Shown: piece after piece, positions 1-15,169 of the stretch
How positions within the stretch are numbered: position 1 is the stretch's first letter
Layout of the letters: the number at the start of each line of letters is the position of its first letter
Origin: Octopus vulgaris
Lineage: Eukaryota
DNA: 64,000 nucleotides
Direction of reading: 5' to 3'
NCBI GenBank assembly: GCA_951406725.2
Contig: OX597834.1
Coordinates: 12,896,001 to 12,960,000, forward strand
The notes under the pieces: model-generated
Databases searched by the model: none
What the model saw: only the letters and a program-made list of their open reading frames with translations
Told to the model about the DNA's origin: nothing
Program-made: the position numbers and the translations under genes

Positions 1-695
1 GCGCATCTGTGAGCATATATGTATATGCATATATATATATATATAACACGTATACTTTGAAACATCATTAATTGTATGTAAGTAAAAATAATATATGACA
101 ATTGCTTTAATTGGTCTCCGGATAGTGCATTATCATTTATAAGAGAATGTTTACATTTTGAATTTTCTAATCTGTTGTCATTATTTGTGTCTGGGAAACA
201 AGAGAACTGTAGGTGTTAAATTGCCGTGTAAAGGAAATGGCCATTGCGCTTTAGACAAAGATATGAGTGTAAATATGGAAGTCCATATTTAAATGGAAAT
301 ATGTGTTGCAGTATCACAATTGGTAAATACTTATATAAGTACACGCACGTATATTTGTTTATCTTAATTATATTATCTGCGTTCTTATGTTACACTCCTT
401 TTAATTAAGTATGTATATATGTTTCTATTTATCTATCTACATATCTATCTAACTATCTGTTTATGTATCTATGTTTGTATGTATGTATGTATCTATCTAT
501 CTATCTATCGATCTATCTATATTTTCGTGCGTGTGTGTATACACATGTATATATAAATATATTTAGCAGATATTCCTAACCAAATGTATTCCTGAGAGTG
601 ACTTCGAAGCTACACGTTGTTTAGCTAACATCGGACTTCGAAGAACTTTTTCATAATACACTTACTCAAGATTAATGTATATGTACATATATATA

Positions 696-731
<36 letters not shown>

Positions 732-767
732 TGTATGTATGTGTTTGTGTGTGTGTGTGTGTGTCAG

Positions 768-940
768 TCGCCATGATAGATCGCTAGCCACTACACACAA
801 TTTTTTCTGTGTCCTTCTCTGTAGAAGAATGTAGTCTCGAAATATGAACGACTTTTTCTATTCATGAGCGTTATACTAATACATCGGTTTGCTTTGTACA
901 CCACCTGTCTTCGTCTTTTGTTTTTTCGTAGACTCTCCCT
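768..940 (+). mobile_element. Short Penelope-like non-autonomous element, family F, with degenerate hammerhead-like core
   Basis: Closely similar to 56372-56558 and 8325-8508. Contains CTGTAGA-A-GAATGTAGTCTC-GAAAT at 819-843. Flanked by (TG)n and (TA)n. Confidence 0.6.
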
Positions 941-1168
941 ATATATATATATATATATATATGTATATACGTACATTGAAATATACGTATCAACTATGTG
1001 ACTACACACATGTGTGTGTGTGTAAATGTATATAAGTACTGCCCCCTTACAGATATATACGACGGAAATAAGAAAATGTTCATTTTGCTATTCTAGCTGA
1101 GTATTTTGTAATCGAATCCTTGACATCCGTATTCATATACAACTTAAATATACTGACAAATGTCTTAC

Positions 1169-1247
1169 GATGTAAATACGCTCTTTTGATATAAACAGGT
1201 TCTGGCATATTTTCCACAAAATAATTATCTTTGATAATATCTTGTAC
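1169..1247 (-). CDS. Candidate internal coding exon (79 nt), product unknown
   Basis: Minus strand: acceptor cttatttcctgtcatag| and donor C|gtaaga. Phase-0 frame is open: VQDIIKDNYFVENMPEPVYIKRAYLH. No homology recognised. Confidence 0.25.
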
Positions 1248-2411
1248 CTATGACAGGAAATAAGCTTCCTATATCCAGTTGACAGTTCATGTAATACGTT
1301 TTTCAATTGCTTATAAAGTATACACGCCAATTTTGATTAAACGAATTACATAGCACAGCTTTATGTATTATTGTAGCTGCATGTAAATTTATCAACATGT
1401 ATAGTTCTGCACGTTAATAGAGTTGGCTCTGGCAACGTGCATGACGTTATATATATACACATATGTGTGGTGCATATGTGTGATGAACTAGAATATATAT
1501 GTTATATATCTGTATATATATATATATATATGTAAAAAAAATACAAACTGGGACAAGAACGTAAAACATTTAAAAGATGATACAAAACACACGGACGGGA
1601 CATTCGAAGCCTTCAATCCTCAGTCAAGAACCGGATCATCCTCGCAATTTCGGCTGATAAATCGTATATATATATGATTAAGGTTATAGAAAATTTTTTC
1701 GCCTATATGCTGAAAATAGACGCTTTAAAGAGAATCACAACGTTACACTCGTGCTGAAATCGTCAGTTGTTAACGAACATACGATGATGGTCATTGGAAA
1801 GGGGATTATGCAGGCATTGCCCAGTAATGTGATTGGCTTGAGACAAAAAACAAATGGATGTGTGAGGTGGTGGTGGTGGTCGTGGGCGTATGTATCTGTT
1901 TCTTTATTTTTATTCACAAATGTGTGTTCATGTGCATATCTATATATATATCTATGTATATCGATATATAAATATATAGAAAGAATATGTAGTTGAAATC
2001 TTACAAGCATAACAGAAACGAGTGTATATTTATACAACAGAGTAAAGTAAATTTCAGAAACGTATTATTGAAATTAAAATGCAGAGATATTTCTTTCTGA
2101 TTTCATTGAGGAACGGTAATTTTAAATGTCTACACTACAAGATGGGAAATATAAATTTAATAGTTCACATAATAATGGAGATACAATATAATTTTAATTG
2201 CAGTTCAACTGGAAAAATATTATTTTTCCTCATAATCTACAATTTCAATTTGTATTTGTAATAGAATTTCAACGCATGTGAGTAACTTTCTCAAACATAC
2301 ACCATCAAAAGCACGTGCATGCATACACGCACACACGCACATGTATATAGCCATGTACGTTTCATATAATTATTATATATATCTGTATTTTACATAAACC
2401 ATATATTCCAT

Positions 2412-3130
<719 letters not shown>

Positions 3131-3464
3131 ATATATTTATAATATATACTTATCAATGAAGATACATGCATATACATACACAAACACCCACATATATATG
3201 TACTGATGTGTGTTTGGATGAAGACATATGAATGCAACCGAAATATTCATTCTTAAATTGTGTAACAAATATTAATACAGCGAACATAGCAGAACAAAAC
3301 ATATTTTATGGACAAAAATACCAGAAATTCGTACGAATGGTTGAACGTTAATACATCGTTGATTATTTCATAGTGGAAGCGATTAGAATTTATCCAGAAG
3401 AATATTTTAGTATTAAATTTGAATATACATAATTACATACACATAATTGTAGATATATAATTGT

Positions 3465-3469
<5 letters not shown>

Positions 3470-3531
<62 letters not shown>

Positions 3532-3756
3532 TTTATATATATATAAATATATATAAATATGTATATAAATGTAGATATATATTTATATATATATATATAT
3601 ATATATATACAAAATATATATATTTATATGAATATATATAAATATGTATATAAATGTAGATATATATTTACATATATATATATACATATATATATATATA
3701 TCCATTTATATGAATATATATATATTTATATTTATATGAATATATATATGTATGTA

Positions 3757-3826
<70 letters not shown>

Positions 3827-3845
3827 ATTATATCATATATATAAT
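3470..3845. repeat. (TA)n/(GA)n compound microsatellite
   Basis: Seen directly. Confidence 0.9.
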
Positions 3846-4518
3846 TTCATTTCTAATGGAACCATACATTTCCATATACCCGGCACTCAAAATTGCTAAG
3901 TCATGCATTTAAGCGTAAAAAAATGTATCTATAAATAAACGTTTATATATTGTAGAATATAAAATTATGATTGTTATGCATGCATTTTTTTTATATAATT
4001 TTTATTTTTATTTTAGCTGATTTCCTTGCAAAACGATAGGTAATTGGATATGACTTGTAAAGACTTTAATAATATTCATCTAAAAATAACAGAACTATAT
4101 CATAAACAATTTTAACAATATATTTAGTATATGAAATCTTCCTTGCAAATATTTTGAATATTAAATTGATCGATGTGCACATTTCTATAGCATCCATAAA
4201 ACATATTTAGCAAACTCTTTCTTAAACAGAAATAATGAGAATTTTCTATATTGATTTATAGACACTAGGTTGCACTAGTTGTACGCGTGTGTTTGTATTT
4301 GTTCGGGTATGTGAAAGTTTGTGCTCGTGCGTGTCTTTAAATGCGTGCGTGTTGATAGAGCATTGCTTAAAAAATATTGGTTTTCATACGTGTGGATAAA
4401 CAGGTACATTTTAGAGTTTTGAACTTTCTTTCTAAATATGGCTGGATGCTCAAAGCGATGTAAGATGTAACATTCAGTTTTTTTATGCAGAAATGTACTC
4501 CCATGATATTGGGACTTA

Positions 4519-4750
4519 AGGCGGTGAGCTGGCAGAAACGTTAGCACACCGGGCGAAATGCTTAGCGGTATTGCGTCTGTCATTGCGTTCTGAGTTCAAA
4601 TTCCGCCGAGGTCGACTTTGCCTTTCATCCTTTCGGGGTCGATAAATTAAGTACTAGATACGCACTGGGGTCGATGTAATCGACTTAATCCGTCTCTCTG
4701 TCCTTGTTTGTCCCCTCTATGTTTAGCCCCTTATGGGCAATAAAGAAACA
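4519..4750 (+). mobile_element. tRNA-derived SINE, family D, single unit
   Basis: Head GGCGGTGAGCTGGCAGAAACGTTAGC, B-box-like GAGTTCAAATTCC, body GAGGTCGACTTTGCCTTTCATCCTTTCGGGGTCGATAAATTAAGTAC. Many copies in the window. The body recalls the Meta/MESC-type SINE central domain (from memory). Confidence 0.8.
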
Positions 4751-4930
4751 GATATTGGAACTTCTATGATTGCGATTGATTGTGTGAAACATTCCTTCCG
4801 GATTTTCACTGATAAAATTGTAAATTTGAATCCTTGAAATCCTTGAAATCCCGAGTTGACGGGATGATTTCGTATGAAAGGGTAAGAACAAAATCCTCCT
4901 CAAGTTCTTGGAGCATTACTAATTACGTAC

Positions 4931-5230
4931 CATAGACGATCAGTAAGATGTGGTTGGGAGGTACACACACGCGCTCGAACATACATACACACATGCACGT
5001 GCGCCGACTCGTACACAATATCTACATACCCATCTGTTTTCTTATCCGCTGCATATAACGAATATAGAGCAGATTCCTCACTCCTCCACACTGTCGCATC
5101 AGAGAATAAAAAAACACAATTAACCTTCATACAAGATTCACAAGCAAGATTAAAGGTGGCTACACACATTATCCAATCATCTCTCTCATGATCACCCCCC
5201 TCGGTCTCTTGCCGATTGGCTCTGCTTGAA
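4931..5230 (-). promoter_or_regulatory. Candidate promoter and first exon ending in ATG
   Basis: Non-repetitive, more GC-rich patch. CCAAT at about 5173 (+) and about 5215 (-), CACGTG at about 4996. Minus-strand ATG|gtacgt donor at 4933-4925. Inference only. Confidence 0.2.
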
Positions 5231-5309
5231 GATTCTTTTTTGTAATGCATAACTACAGTATTCTAATGAGTTGAGCATGTTCCCGGAGATGTGTCCTCTC
5301 TATCGTCGC

Positions 5310-5590
5310 CCTTTTCAATCGAGCCAGGCTCATGGGCCTGGTTTCCCGGTTTCTGTGGCGTACCTCTTTCTGCCCCAGCTGGACGGAATGCCAGTACAAA
5401 CAGAAAGAGAGAGTGAAAGAAAGTTGTGACGAAAAAGTGCAACAGGGGTCGCCACCACCCCCTGCCGGAGCCTCGTGGAGCTTTTCAGGTGTTTTCGCTC
5501 AATAAACACACATAATGCCCGGTCTGGCAATCGAAGCCGCGATCCTCTGACCGCGAGTCCTCTACCCTAACCACTGGGCTATTGGGCATC
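5310..5590 (-). mobile_element. tRNA-derived SINE, family B head with an alternative 3' tail
   Basis: 5400-5590 matches the 5' part of the family B copies. 5310-5400 differs from the standard family B tail. Confidence 0.7.
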
Positions 5591-6739
5591 CCTGTTCTCT
5601 CTATACGAGGAAGTAATGACTTGATGTGAAGAGTGTGTATGCTCTCAGACCTACGCAACCAGCCAAGAATTGTTACTCCAAACATTCTTCAGAGGAACAA
5701 CAATTTGACCGCATGTATTAACGATCCTATGCTTTTTTTAGCCCAAATGTCTGACCATGGGTTAGGATACTGAGATGTACTGAATCGAAGTTAGAAAATT
5801 TGGGTCGCTTCCAACGCATCCTATTTTTAAGAAAGACTGTTGAAACTGGAATATTAAAGTACCAGAATCTACCATTAATGCATAAAATTCAGTTTGCTAC
5901 CACACATCACTCATGAATATGGCCCCCAGATGCTACTGATCTTTTACCAGATAGCTTCCACAAATATCTATCCATAAATGCTAATATAAATATGTGTATG
6001 CCTGCATGCATTTGCGTACGTATGTATCTGCGTGAGCGTATATATGTGTGTATGTATGTATGTTTTGCACATTTATATGGCCAAGATAATTCTATATAAA
6101 TGGGAACATAATGAATAAATAAATGAGAATATATATTAACCTAGTAAGATTTCCGTCTACGTAAATGCTAAGAAAAAGATAACTGCGGATGCTTTATTTA
6201 GAAAGATATCAAAACCATAAACAGAAATTTATAAACAAAACACACGCTATAAACATAAATAAAACAAAATATTCAGAGCGAACTCATCATATTGCTAAAT
6301 CCATTTTGAACATGTTTGGGTATAGAATATCAGATATTGGCAGGAGTTCTGCAAAGATTAATCTATGGAAACATAGCTAAATGTATAAACTTAACGGACT
6401 GTGTACTATATGTATCTTGTATGTCATATGATAAGTACATATCGAAGTTTATCCTCCCCAAGGGAAATAAATCATGTTACTGCAATAAATCTAATATGAT
6501 GATTCGTATGTATGTTACATACATCTTAGTTCTTTTATGAATATTTCGAAATTGAGCTAAACAACACTGTACATTATATATTATTGTCATTATAATTGTA
6601 TTTACATAGAAATCTTTTGATATAATGTTTACCATGCGCTCCCATATGCATTAAGGGCTATACATATATAACCATGTTAATAAAAAAAAAAAACAATTAG
6701 AAACATAGAGCCGCATATGAATAACCATATACGCAAAAA

Positions 6740-6822
6740 TACACACACAAATGTATATATATACATGTATGTATGTATGTATACACACACAAACACACAC
6801 ACACAAATATATATACATATAT

Positions 6823-6855
<33 letters not shown>

Positions 6856-6862
6856 CATATAT

Positions 6863-6916
<54 letters not shown>

Positions 6917-6999
6917 CTGTGTGTGTGTACATACATATATGCATATCTATATGTATATATAAATATATATGTATATATATATATATATATTTGTGTGTG

Positions 7000-7047
<48 letters not shown>

Positions 7048-7090
7048 TGCACATGTATGTTGTATATATTCTATGTGTGTATGTATGTAT
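6740..7090. repeat. Compound (CA)n/(TA)n/(TG)n microsatellite
   Basis: Seen directly. Confidence 0.9.
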
Positions 7091-7531
7091 AGTTGTCTTA
7101 CACTGACGTATTTTGTAAGTCTGTGTCCGCATCAAGTGATCAAGTGAGAGCAGTAATAGCTACAATTATTTATGGGAAAGACGTTAGACTTTAGGTAATG
7201 GCAATCGAAGTTTTTATCAAAGAACCAATTGTTCCCTTTGTAAAGAAGAACACAAAATTTAATAATAACAGGCAAAAAAATTCACCATGATTTTCGTTGG
7301 TGTATTGTGCACAACCAGAGATTTTTCTATTATTCATCGTCTGGCCAGAGAAAAGTGAATGATAATCTCAGCGTAGTTCATGAGGATATATCACTACCTG
7401 TCATATTGGAATATATTACGGTGGACAGTTACGTACGTGGAGCTTAATATGATAGACGCGTGATTCTCTGAATCATATCTTACAAAACTCACTCACTCAC
7501 ACACCCACAAGTATATATATATATATATATA

Positions 7532-7694
7532 GGCGCAGGAGTGGCTGTGTGATAAGTAGCTTGCTTACCAACCGCATGGTTCCTTGTTCAGTCCCACTGC
7601 GTGGCATCTTGGGCTAGTGTCTTCTACTATAACCTCGGGCCGACCAAAGCCTTGTGAGTAGATTTGGTAGAGGGAAACTGAAAGAAGCCCGTCG

Positions 7695-7726
<32 letters not shown>

Positions 7727-7949
7727 CGATGTGTGTCTGTGTTTGTCCCCTCTAGCATTGCTTGACAACCGATGCTGGTGTGTTTACGTCTCCGTCACTT
7801 AGCGGTTCGGCAAAACAGATCGATAGAATGAGTACTGGGCTTACAAAGAATAAGTGCCGGGGTCGAGTTGCTCGATTAAAGGCGGTGCTCCAGCATGGCC
7901 GCAGTCAAATGACTGAAACAAGTATAAGAGTAAAAGAGTAAAAGAGTAA
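7532..7949 (+). mobile_element. tRNA-derived SINE, family A, full length
   Basis: Head GGCGCAGGAGTGGCTGTGTG(G)TAAG, B-box-like GTTCAGTCCC, internal (TA)(TG) microsatellite, 3' tail (GAGTAAAA)n. Eight copies in the window. Confidence 0.9.
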
Positions 7950-8074
7950 TATATATATATAGAGAGAGAGAGACCTTCACACACACATATATATATACAT
8001 ATATATAGATAGAAACATATATATATATAGAAATACATACATATATAGACATACATACATACATATATACATAG

Positions 8075-8135
<61 letters not shown>

Positions 8136-8149
8136 CTATCTATCTAGCC

Positions 8150-8507
8150 TTACATCCACACACCTCCACGTACACACAAACGCACACATTAAGAAAACTA
8201 GCCCTCTTCCACGCGCACATACGTACTCTCTTATAAACCCGCACGTGCACCTTCGTTTTGGGATCACCACTACTGTATTTTCTCCCCTTCTTTCTAGCTC
8301 GCCTGTGTCCCCTCTGTCCAGCAGTTGCCATGATACATCGCTATCCCCTACATATTTTTTATTTTCTCTCCTTTCTTTCGTGCTCCTTTCTGTGGAAGAG
8401 CGTAGGTTCGAGACGTTAAAGACTTTTTCATTTCCCGAGGGTTAAACTGATGCACCTGTGTGTTGCCTACACCATCTGTCTTCGTCTTTGTTTTGTGAAA
8501 TCTCCCA

Positions 8508-8508
<1 letters not shown>
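8150..8508 (+). mobile_element. Longer family F Penelope-like element end with degenerate hammerhead-like core
   Basis: 3' half similar to 768-940 and 56372-56558. CTGTGGA-A-GAGCGTAGGTTC-GAGAC at 8390-8414. Lies between two (TA)n tracts. Confidence 0.55.
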
Positions 8509-8576
<68 letters not shown>

Positions 8577-8672
8577 TATATATATGTATACCTACATAAG
8601 TGCTCATTTCAAAATTGAATTTTTCCCTGTAAGTTAGGAATAATATTCCCTCAAATAATTATATATATATAT

Positions 8673-8719
<47 letters not shown>

Positions 8720-8845
8720 TATATACACATATATATATATACATATATATACATATATATATACACATATATATATACACATATATATATATATAGGTGT
8801 TTTCGTATATATATATATATATACACCCAGTATATAATATATATA

Positions 8846-8938
<93 letters not shown>
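8509..8938. repeat. (TA)n-dominated microsatellite block
   Basis: Seen directly. Confidence 0.9.
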
Positions 8939-8941
<3 letters not shown>

Positions 8942-9559
8942 TATCTACATGCCCATATACATATGAATATTCATGAGCGGTTCAAATTGTTTGTGTAACG
9001 CGTTCATTCAATAAGGCGAAGGGAAACATTCCTCTCATAAAAAAATATAAGTGAATAGTTTGATTTCCTCCTTAATATTCATCATATTTTTCTTCATAAG
9101 TTCGAGACAATGAATAAGAAACATATTTCTGCGTCTGTATTTGTATTGATGAATTTGCAGATATTTATTTATTCAGCATTTATGGTGATTAGATGCTAAG
9201 AAATTTATGTTACTTCCAGTCGTCTTTTGTTAAACGTAATAAATTGTGATATACGGTTTTCTTTTTCTATTTCGTTTTCGAAGCTTCAGAATAGACAAAT
9301 GTGTGTCATACTTTGTTTTCCTAACATATTTTAATAGTTATATGATGAACAGAGATTTTAATTTAGAAGAAAAGAAATAAATAGACAAGAAACAAAGTAT
9401 GTATTACTCCGGATGTGAAAGACTTTAAACCAGTTGTAATAAATTATAATAAAACTGAGTGGTGTAGAACGTTAGACATGAATATACGAACAATTTCTGG
9501 GTCTACCAGTATCTCACAATGATGGCGATTAATTGCTTGAAACAAATTAAATGTGTACA

Positions 9560-9613
<54 letters not shown>

Positions 9614-9729
9614 CATGTATACATGTATGTATAATTTATATATGTGTGTGTGCCTGTATCTATATCTAAATATGTATATACAATGTATATACAATGTATA
9701 TACCTGTATATACAAAGTGTATATATCTG

Positions 9730-9787
<58 letters not shown>

Positions 9788-9793
<6 letters not shown>

Positions 9794-10030
9794 TTTAGAG
9801 ACAAAACCACTATTATGCAAATCAAACAAAGAAAGACTTAATCCAATACATAAAATTTTTTATATAAATTAAATATAATTAAGATATCCACTACGATCGT
9901 TTCTTGATTTGCATAATAGTGGTTTTGTCTCTAATTAATATTATATTATATTTTACTATAAAATTGGATTCAATCCTAAATCTGATTTTTCCCTGTAAAT
10001 TTGGATTTATTCCCTAATATTTATTATTAT
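9788..10030. mobile_element. Partially inverted Penelope-like terminal repeat (same family as 19193-19505)
   Basis: 9790-9826 is the reverse complement of 9904-9940. 9935-10022 matches the reverse complement of 19193-19282. Minus-strand GAAAC-GATC-GTA at 9891-9903 sits at the inversion breakpoint. Confidence 0.6.
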
Positions 10031-10145
10031 ATATATAATTTGTATACATTTGTATATATAATGCATACACAGACACACACATATATAACGTGTATATATG
10101 TACATATATATATATTTAATGCGTATATATATATTATGTGTCCAT

Positions 10146-10990
10146 TATGTGGTCGGTTGAGCTGAAAATATGCACACCTATGTTAAAAGTGCTGGCGAGT
10201 GTGCATGGCCATTATTTTTTTCCTCAAATGAAAGGCGTGACCTAAGGACAAAATTTCTTATCTTTTAAAATGTGGCCCGATTACACCCGAATGAAATCGG
10301 CTTATATTAGCCAAACATGTAAAACAATGAAAAACTATGCCATTTTAATCCCAGATAAGGTCGGGTATCTCTGTAGGTCTACTACACATTTGTGAAAAGG
10401 ACAGACGTTGTCTCACAAGCAGATATACAGGCAAAAGTGTTCATAAATATGGTAGGATTCAACTGAAAATTTGCACACCTATATTAAAAGTCCTGGCGAG
10501 TTTGCATGGTAACTTTGAGTTTACTCAATTGAAAGGTGCGGCCTCTAGGGCAAAATTCCTCATCTTTAAAATGTGGTCCGCGTAGACCCGAATGAAATCG
10601 AGTTATAATACCGAAACAAATAAAACAATGATAAACTATTTTAATCCCGAGCAAGACCGGGTTTCTCTGCTATCTATATATATAAAAGAGGCTTCGGGTC
10701 AAAATTGTGTGCACCTTTTGCTACATAAGAGGTTGGCGACTACACTAGTGGTCAGATCGAGCTGAAAATAGACACAGACATAGAAGGCGAGATGAGGCAA
10801 AGAGTTGAGTTGGTTAAAACTCACCATCTGGAAAGATGCGGTTGCTATGGTGAGAAGATTCAAGTGGGATCTAAGCCCCTCCAGATTGGCGCGATTGACA
10901 TCTAATCCTATCTATAAAATGAAGAAGACGAACGTAGACACAAATTGGAGTTTATGTAAAAGGGGGTCTAAATGGGGCTGGAAGGGGATT
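10146..10990 (+). mobile_element. Cluster of tandem non-autonomous Helitron-like units
   Basis: Two diverged direct copies (10146-10376 and 10378-10673). Each ends in a CCC..CGGG hairpin followed by a CTAG-like end. TC-starting heads at 10378, 10673 (TCTATATATATAAAA) and 10901. Confidence 0.6.
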
Positions 10991-11012
10991 CAAATGTTTA
11001 TATATATTTCTA

Positions 11013-11146
11013 TACTACCCACAAGGGGCTACACACAGAGGGGACAAACAAGGACAGACAAAAAGATTAAGTCGATTACATTGACCCCAGTGCTAGATTG
11101 GTACTTTATTTATCGGCCCCGAAAGGATGAAAGGCAAAGTCGACCT
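11013..11146 (-). mobile_element. SINE family D fragment
   Basis: Reverse complement of the family D body and tail. Confidence 0.75.
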
Positions 11147-12799
11147 CCAACAACCAATATGTATATATACGCAGCAAATGCTGCAGTTTCGCACCTACAC
11201 TCACATAAACAGACACACATACACACACACTCACATACACATACATACACAAACATATACTCTTGTATACAGAAGGTCCGATCATTTCTCACCATGGTGA
11301 TTTGACACTTTTCCTCAATCCCTAACGGTTTATGTGCAAGCGATGTTGAACTTATTCACTATAGTTAACAATATTTGCTTTCTGTATATGTGTACATCTA
11401 CAAATTATCGACTCCCTTTCTTCTCTTTCCTTTAGAATCTCTAATAATTCTTCTCGGCTTATTGCATTGTCATTCCTATAATTTATTTACATGTTACTAA
11501 ACTGAAAATATTTGTATTTGCTTACGAAATTATGTATTTGTACGAAAAACAACTCAATATTATGTAATTACATGATGCGTAGTCACGTTGCTAGACACGA
11601 GCATTATAGGCACGTTTCTTGTTTTTACTAGTACTTATATTCTCATTATTCCCTGCTGTGTTTGTTTAAATATTTCATCTCATCCATACCACTTAATGAA
11701 GAAAAAAATATACAAGATACAATTAGTTACTTTCGTCTTTCGAAAGAAAGAATTCGTTACAAATGGGAATTCACGAATAACTTTTTCAAAACGTAGTATT
11801 GTTTTCATTGCTAAATATTTATTGCACACATATGCAAAATGTTTTCCTTTCCAACAGACTGCTACATGATCATATAATTGGCTGATGTAACGTTCTCCGT
11901 GGTAGCTTAGTACCTACATTACGAAACATATTATATAATTCTCTTTCTGTATCATTTGTTAATTCTGCAATTACATTGGAGTTAATTAATATCATATTAA
12001 TTTAGGATAGGTATTTTCTCTTAATTAATGATTTCTATCCAACCGCCTAGCTGAAATACGTAATAGCTTTGTTGGTATAACGTTGCATTTTTTTAAAAAT
12101 TGAGTAATCGTTTTACAACAACAGAATACAAGGAAACGAAGTATTTTTGTTATATTGTTATTGGTCATTAAGTATTTGAATTTTGATGCCATATATTCTA
12201 ATTTCAAAACCTTCATTGAAAAAACAATATTAAATTTGCCTACACATTTGTCCTCGTAGCTGTCTCAATGTACCTCAATTTATAAGAAAACCAGCATAAT
12301 GTAGTTTAATGCAGACTTAGCAATACTATACCCAATCTCAAGAAACACATTGAACACAAATTTTCGTTATCAGCAACAAAATAGGAATGATATACACAGT
12401 CTCTGATTTTCCCGAAATGTTTATTCATTTCTTCCGGATTTTCTGCTATAAGTACTTTAAAGTATAAATGATTTTATAGACTAAAGATCTCGTTTAAACT
12501 CAGTAGCTTGAAATGTTCTCAATCAGAAATACAGGAAACACATCTAAACATATCGGTTCTTGGTTAGATGAAATGGAAAATAATTGCAAAATGGCGTCTT
12601 TCAGTAACTTAGTCAACAGTTAGAACCTTGATTACACTTATATTTATTTATATTAATTATGTCATTAAACTTTCATCGTCTCTTTATAGATGAATTTTAG
12701 GAAGAATTCAAGCCATTAAACAATCTAGATTACAACTAATCGTAGTCTATTCGTCAGATCCATACTTGAGATTAATATTCAACATTTGCTCAGTTAACT

Positions 12800-13012
12800 A
12801 TCCCATAATCCTTTCTACTCTTGGCAGAAGGTCTGAAATTTTGTGGGAGGGGACCAGTAGATAACGGTGACTCCAGTACTTAATTTATTGACCCCGAAAG
12901 CATGAAACACAAAGTCGACCCCCGGTGGCATTTGAAGTCAGAACGTAATGACAGGCGAAATTCTGCTTAAGCATTTTGCCTGGGCATGCTAACTATTCTG
13001 CCAGCTTTCCTC
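12800..13012 (-). mobile_element. Diverged SINE family D copy
   Basis: Reverse complement of the head and body, with many substitutions. Confidence 0.65.
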
Positions 13013-13026
13013 CCTTTAACAATTTC

Positions 13027-13290
13027 AGTGGTTAGAGCGTCGGGCACACAGTCCTGCGGAAGTGAGTTCGATTCCCAGGCTGTGTGTTGTGTTCTTGAGC
13101 AAGACACTTTATTTCACGTTATTCGAGTTCACTCAGCTTTACAAATGACTCGTGATGTCATTGGAACCAAGCAGTATCGGCTTTTATCTTTCCCTTGGAT
13201 AACATCGGTGGCACAGAAAAGGGAAGACTGGTATGCATGGGCGACTGCTAGTTATTCATAAACAACCTTTCCAGGACTTGCGCTTCATTC
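13027..13290 (+). mobile_element. tRNA-derived SINE, family C
   Basis: A-box-like GTGGTTAGAGCG, B-box GAGTTCGATTCC, central TGTTCTTGAGCAAGACACTTT. The 3' half is shared with 54596-54785. Confidence 0.7.
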
Positions 13291-13524
13291 ATGCCCTATT
13301 GGGTTAAGTGTGTTACGGGTCAGGTTCGAAACACCTGATAATCCTTGGATACCGTCTGATGACATCCTTTTTTCCTGGCTAACACTCCGTTCACTTTCTT
13401 GAGTGGAAAAAAAGTACTGTCATTTAGGCGTAATCCACATAACTATCAATTGAGAGTTTAAATTGGAATTTTGGTGAAGTGAGTTTTACTTGCCACCGTT
13501 GGTCTACCTGTTGTAATTTACTTT

Positions 13525-13926
13525 ATTGCCCACATGTGGGTAAACGTAGAGGGGATAAACAAGGACATGTAATGGAATTAAGTCGAGTACATCGACGCCA
13601 GTGCTTCACTGATACTTATTTGATCGACTCCGAAAGGAAGAATGGTAGAGTCGACCTCGACGGAATTTGAGCTCAGAATGTACATACAGACGAAATACCT
13701 ATTTCTTTACTGCCCACAAAGGGCTAAACTCAAAGAGGACAAACAAGGACAGACAGACGGATTAACTCGATTATATCGACCCCAATGCGTAACTGGTACT
13801 TATTTAATCGACCACGAAAGGATGAAATGCAAGTCGGCATCGGTGGAATTTGAACTCAGAACGTAACGCCAGACGAAATACCCCTAAGCATTTCGCCCGG
13901 CGTGCTAACGTTTCTGCCACCTCGCC
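13525..13926 (-). mobile_element. SINE family D, two internal tandem units
   Basis: Head at 13880-13926 followed by two body units of about 180 bp. Confidence 0.8.
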
Positions 13927-14939
13927 GACATATTTGTCTACATGTCGCTATTAAAGTCATGTCAGCGTTCGTGAGATAAGAATGTTTTTTTTTTCTTAAC
14001 ATTCATTGATGAACCCAATCGTTTTAATCAAATTACACTTCGTCTTTTTTAGAGAAAAATTCATGCCGATCTCGCTTATATTTCGAATTACGAATCAATC
14101 TCTATATCTTAGATATGACATATTCGTTCGGTAAGAAGAAATTTACTTCATAATTTATTCCTTTCGTACAACGATGTAGTTGTAGATGGGTAATAGAGAG
14201 TAAAACAAGATTAATCTATTATTTTTGAGTGTCTTTTATTAACGATCATTCAGGTATAATAACGTAACACATCGATGATATATTATCCAGTAGCGTGATC
14301 TACAGTTTGTTCAAAGTAAAAGCGATTTCAATAAACTTTATACCCTTCGATAATTAGCAAGAGGATAAATATGAGAATTTCTGCATTCAAAATGTTTAAC
14401 CCGTGTAATAAGTAAAACAGTATCAAAGTATCGATATTCGGAAATATCTGCATAAATAAATTGTTTGTGTGTGTGTATGTGAGCGCGCGCGTTCACGGGG
14501 CCACGCGTGTGTACCTAGATATATATATATATGTGTGTGTTAATATATGTATGAATTACAAAACACACAGAAACACTCACACACACTGACATATATATAT
14601 ATATAGATAAAAAACACACGCGTATATATCTATACGTATATCCATGTATATTGATATCTATATATTTCTCTATTATATACAGTTATGAGCATGTATATAT
14701 ATATATATATGTGTGTGTGTGTGCGTGTGTGTGTGCGTGTTTGTGTAGCCATTAAGATTTTATTAGGAAAGTAATATGAATTTAAGTCAGAAATCAATAA
14801 CTAAATTTCTTTTTGAAGTTCGTATTCGAATTATTCTTTGAATTCTGTTAAATATATTTTTAGTCATGCATAAAGCAAGCAATATAATCAATATGTGTGG
14901 GTATACGTGTGTATATTTGAATGTAAGTGAGGTATATAC

Positions 14940-15003
<64 letters not shown>

Positions 15004-15128
15004 ATGTGTGTGTTTATGCATCTTTATATATATATCTGAATGTATGTATGTCTATATCCATATGTATATATATATGTATGTATATGTGGATGTATGTATG
15101 TCTTTATCCATATCTATATCCATATATA

Positions 15129-15169
<41 letters not shown>

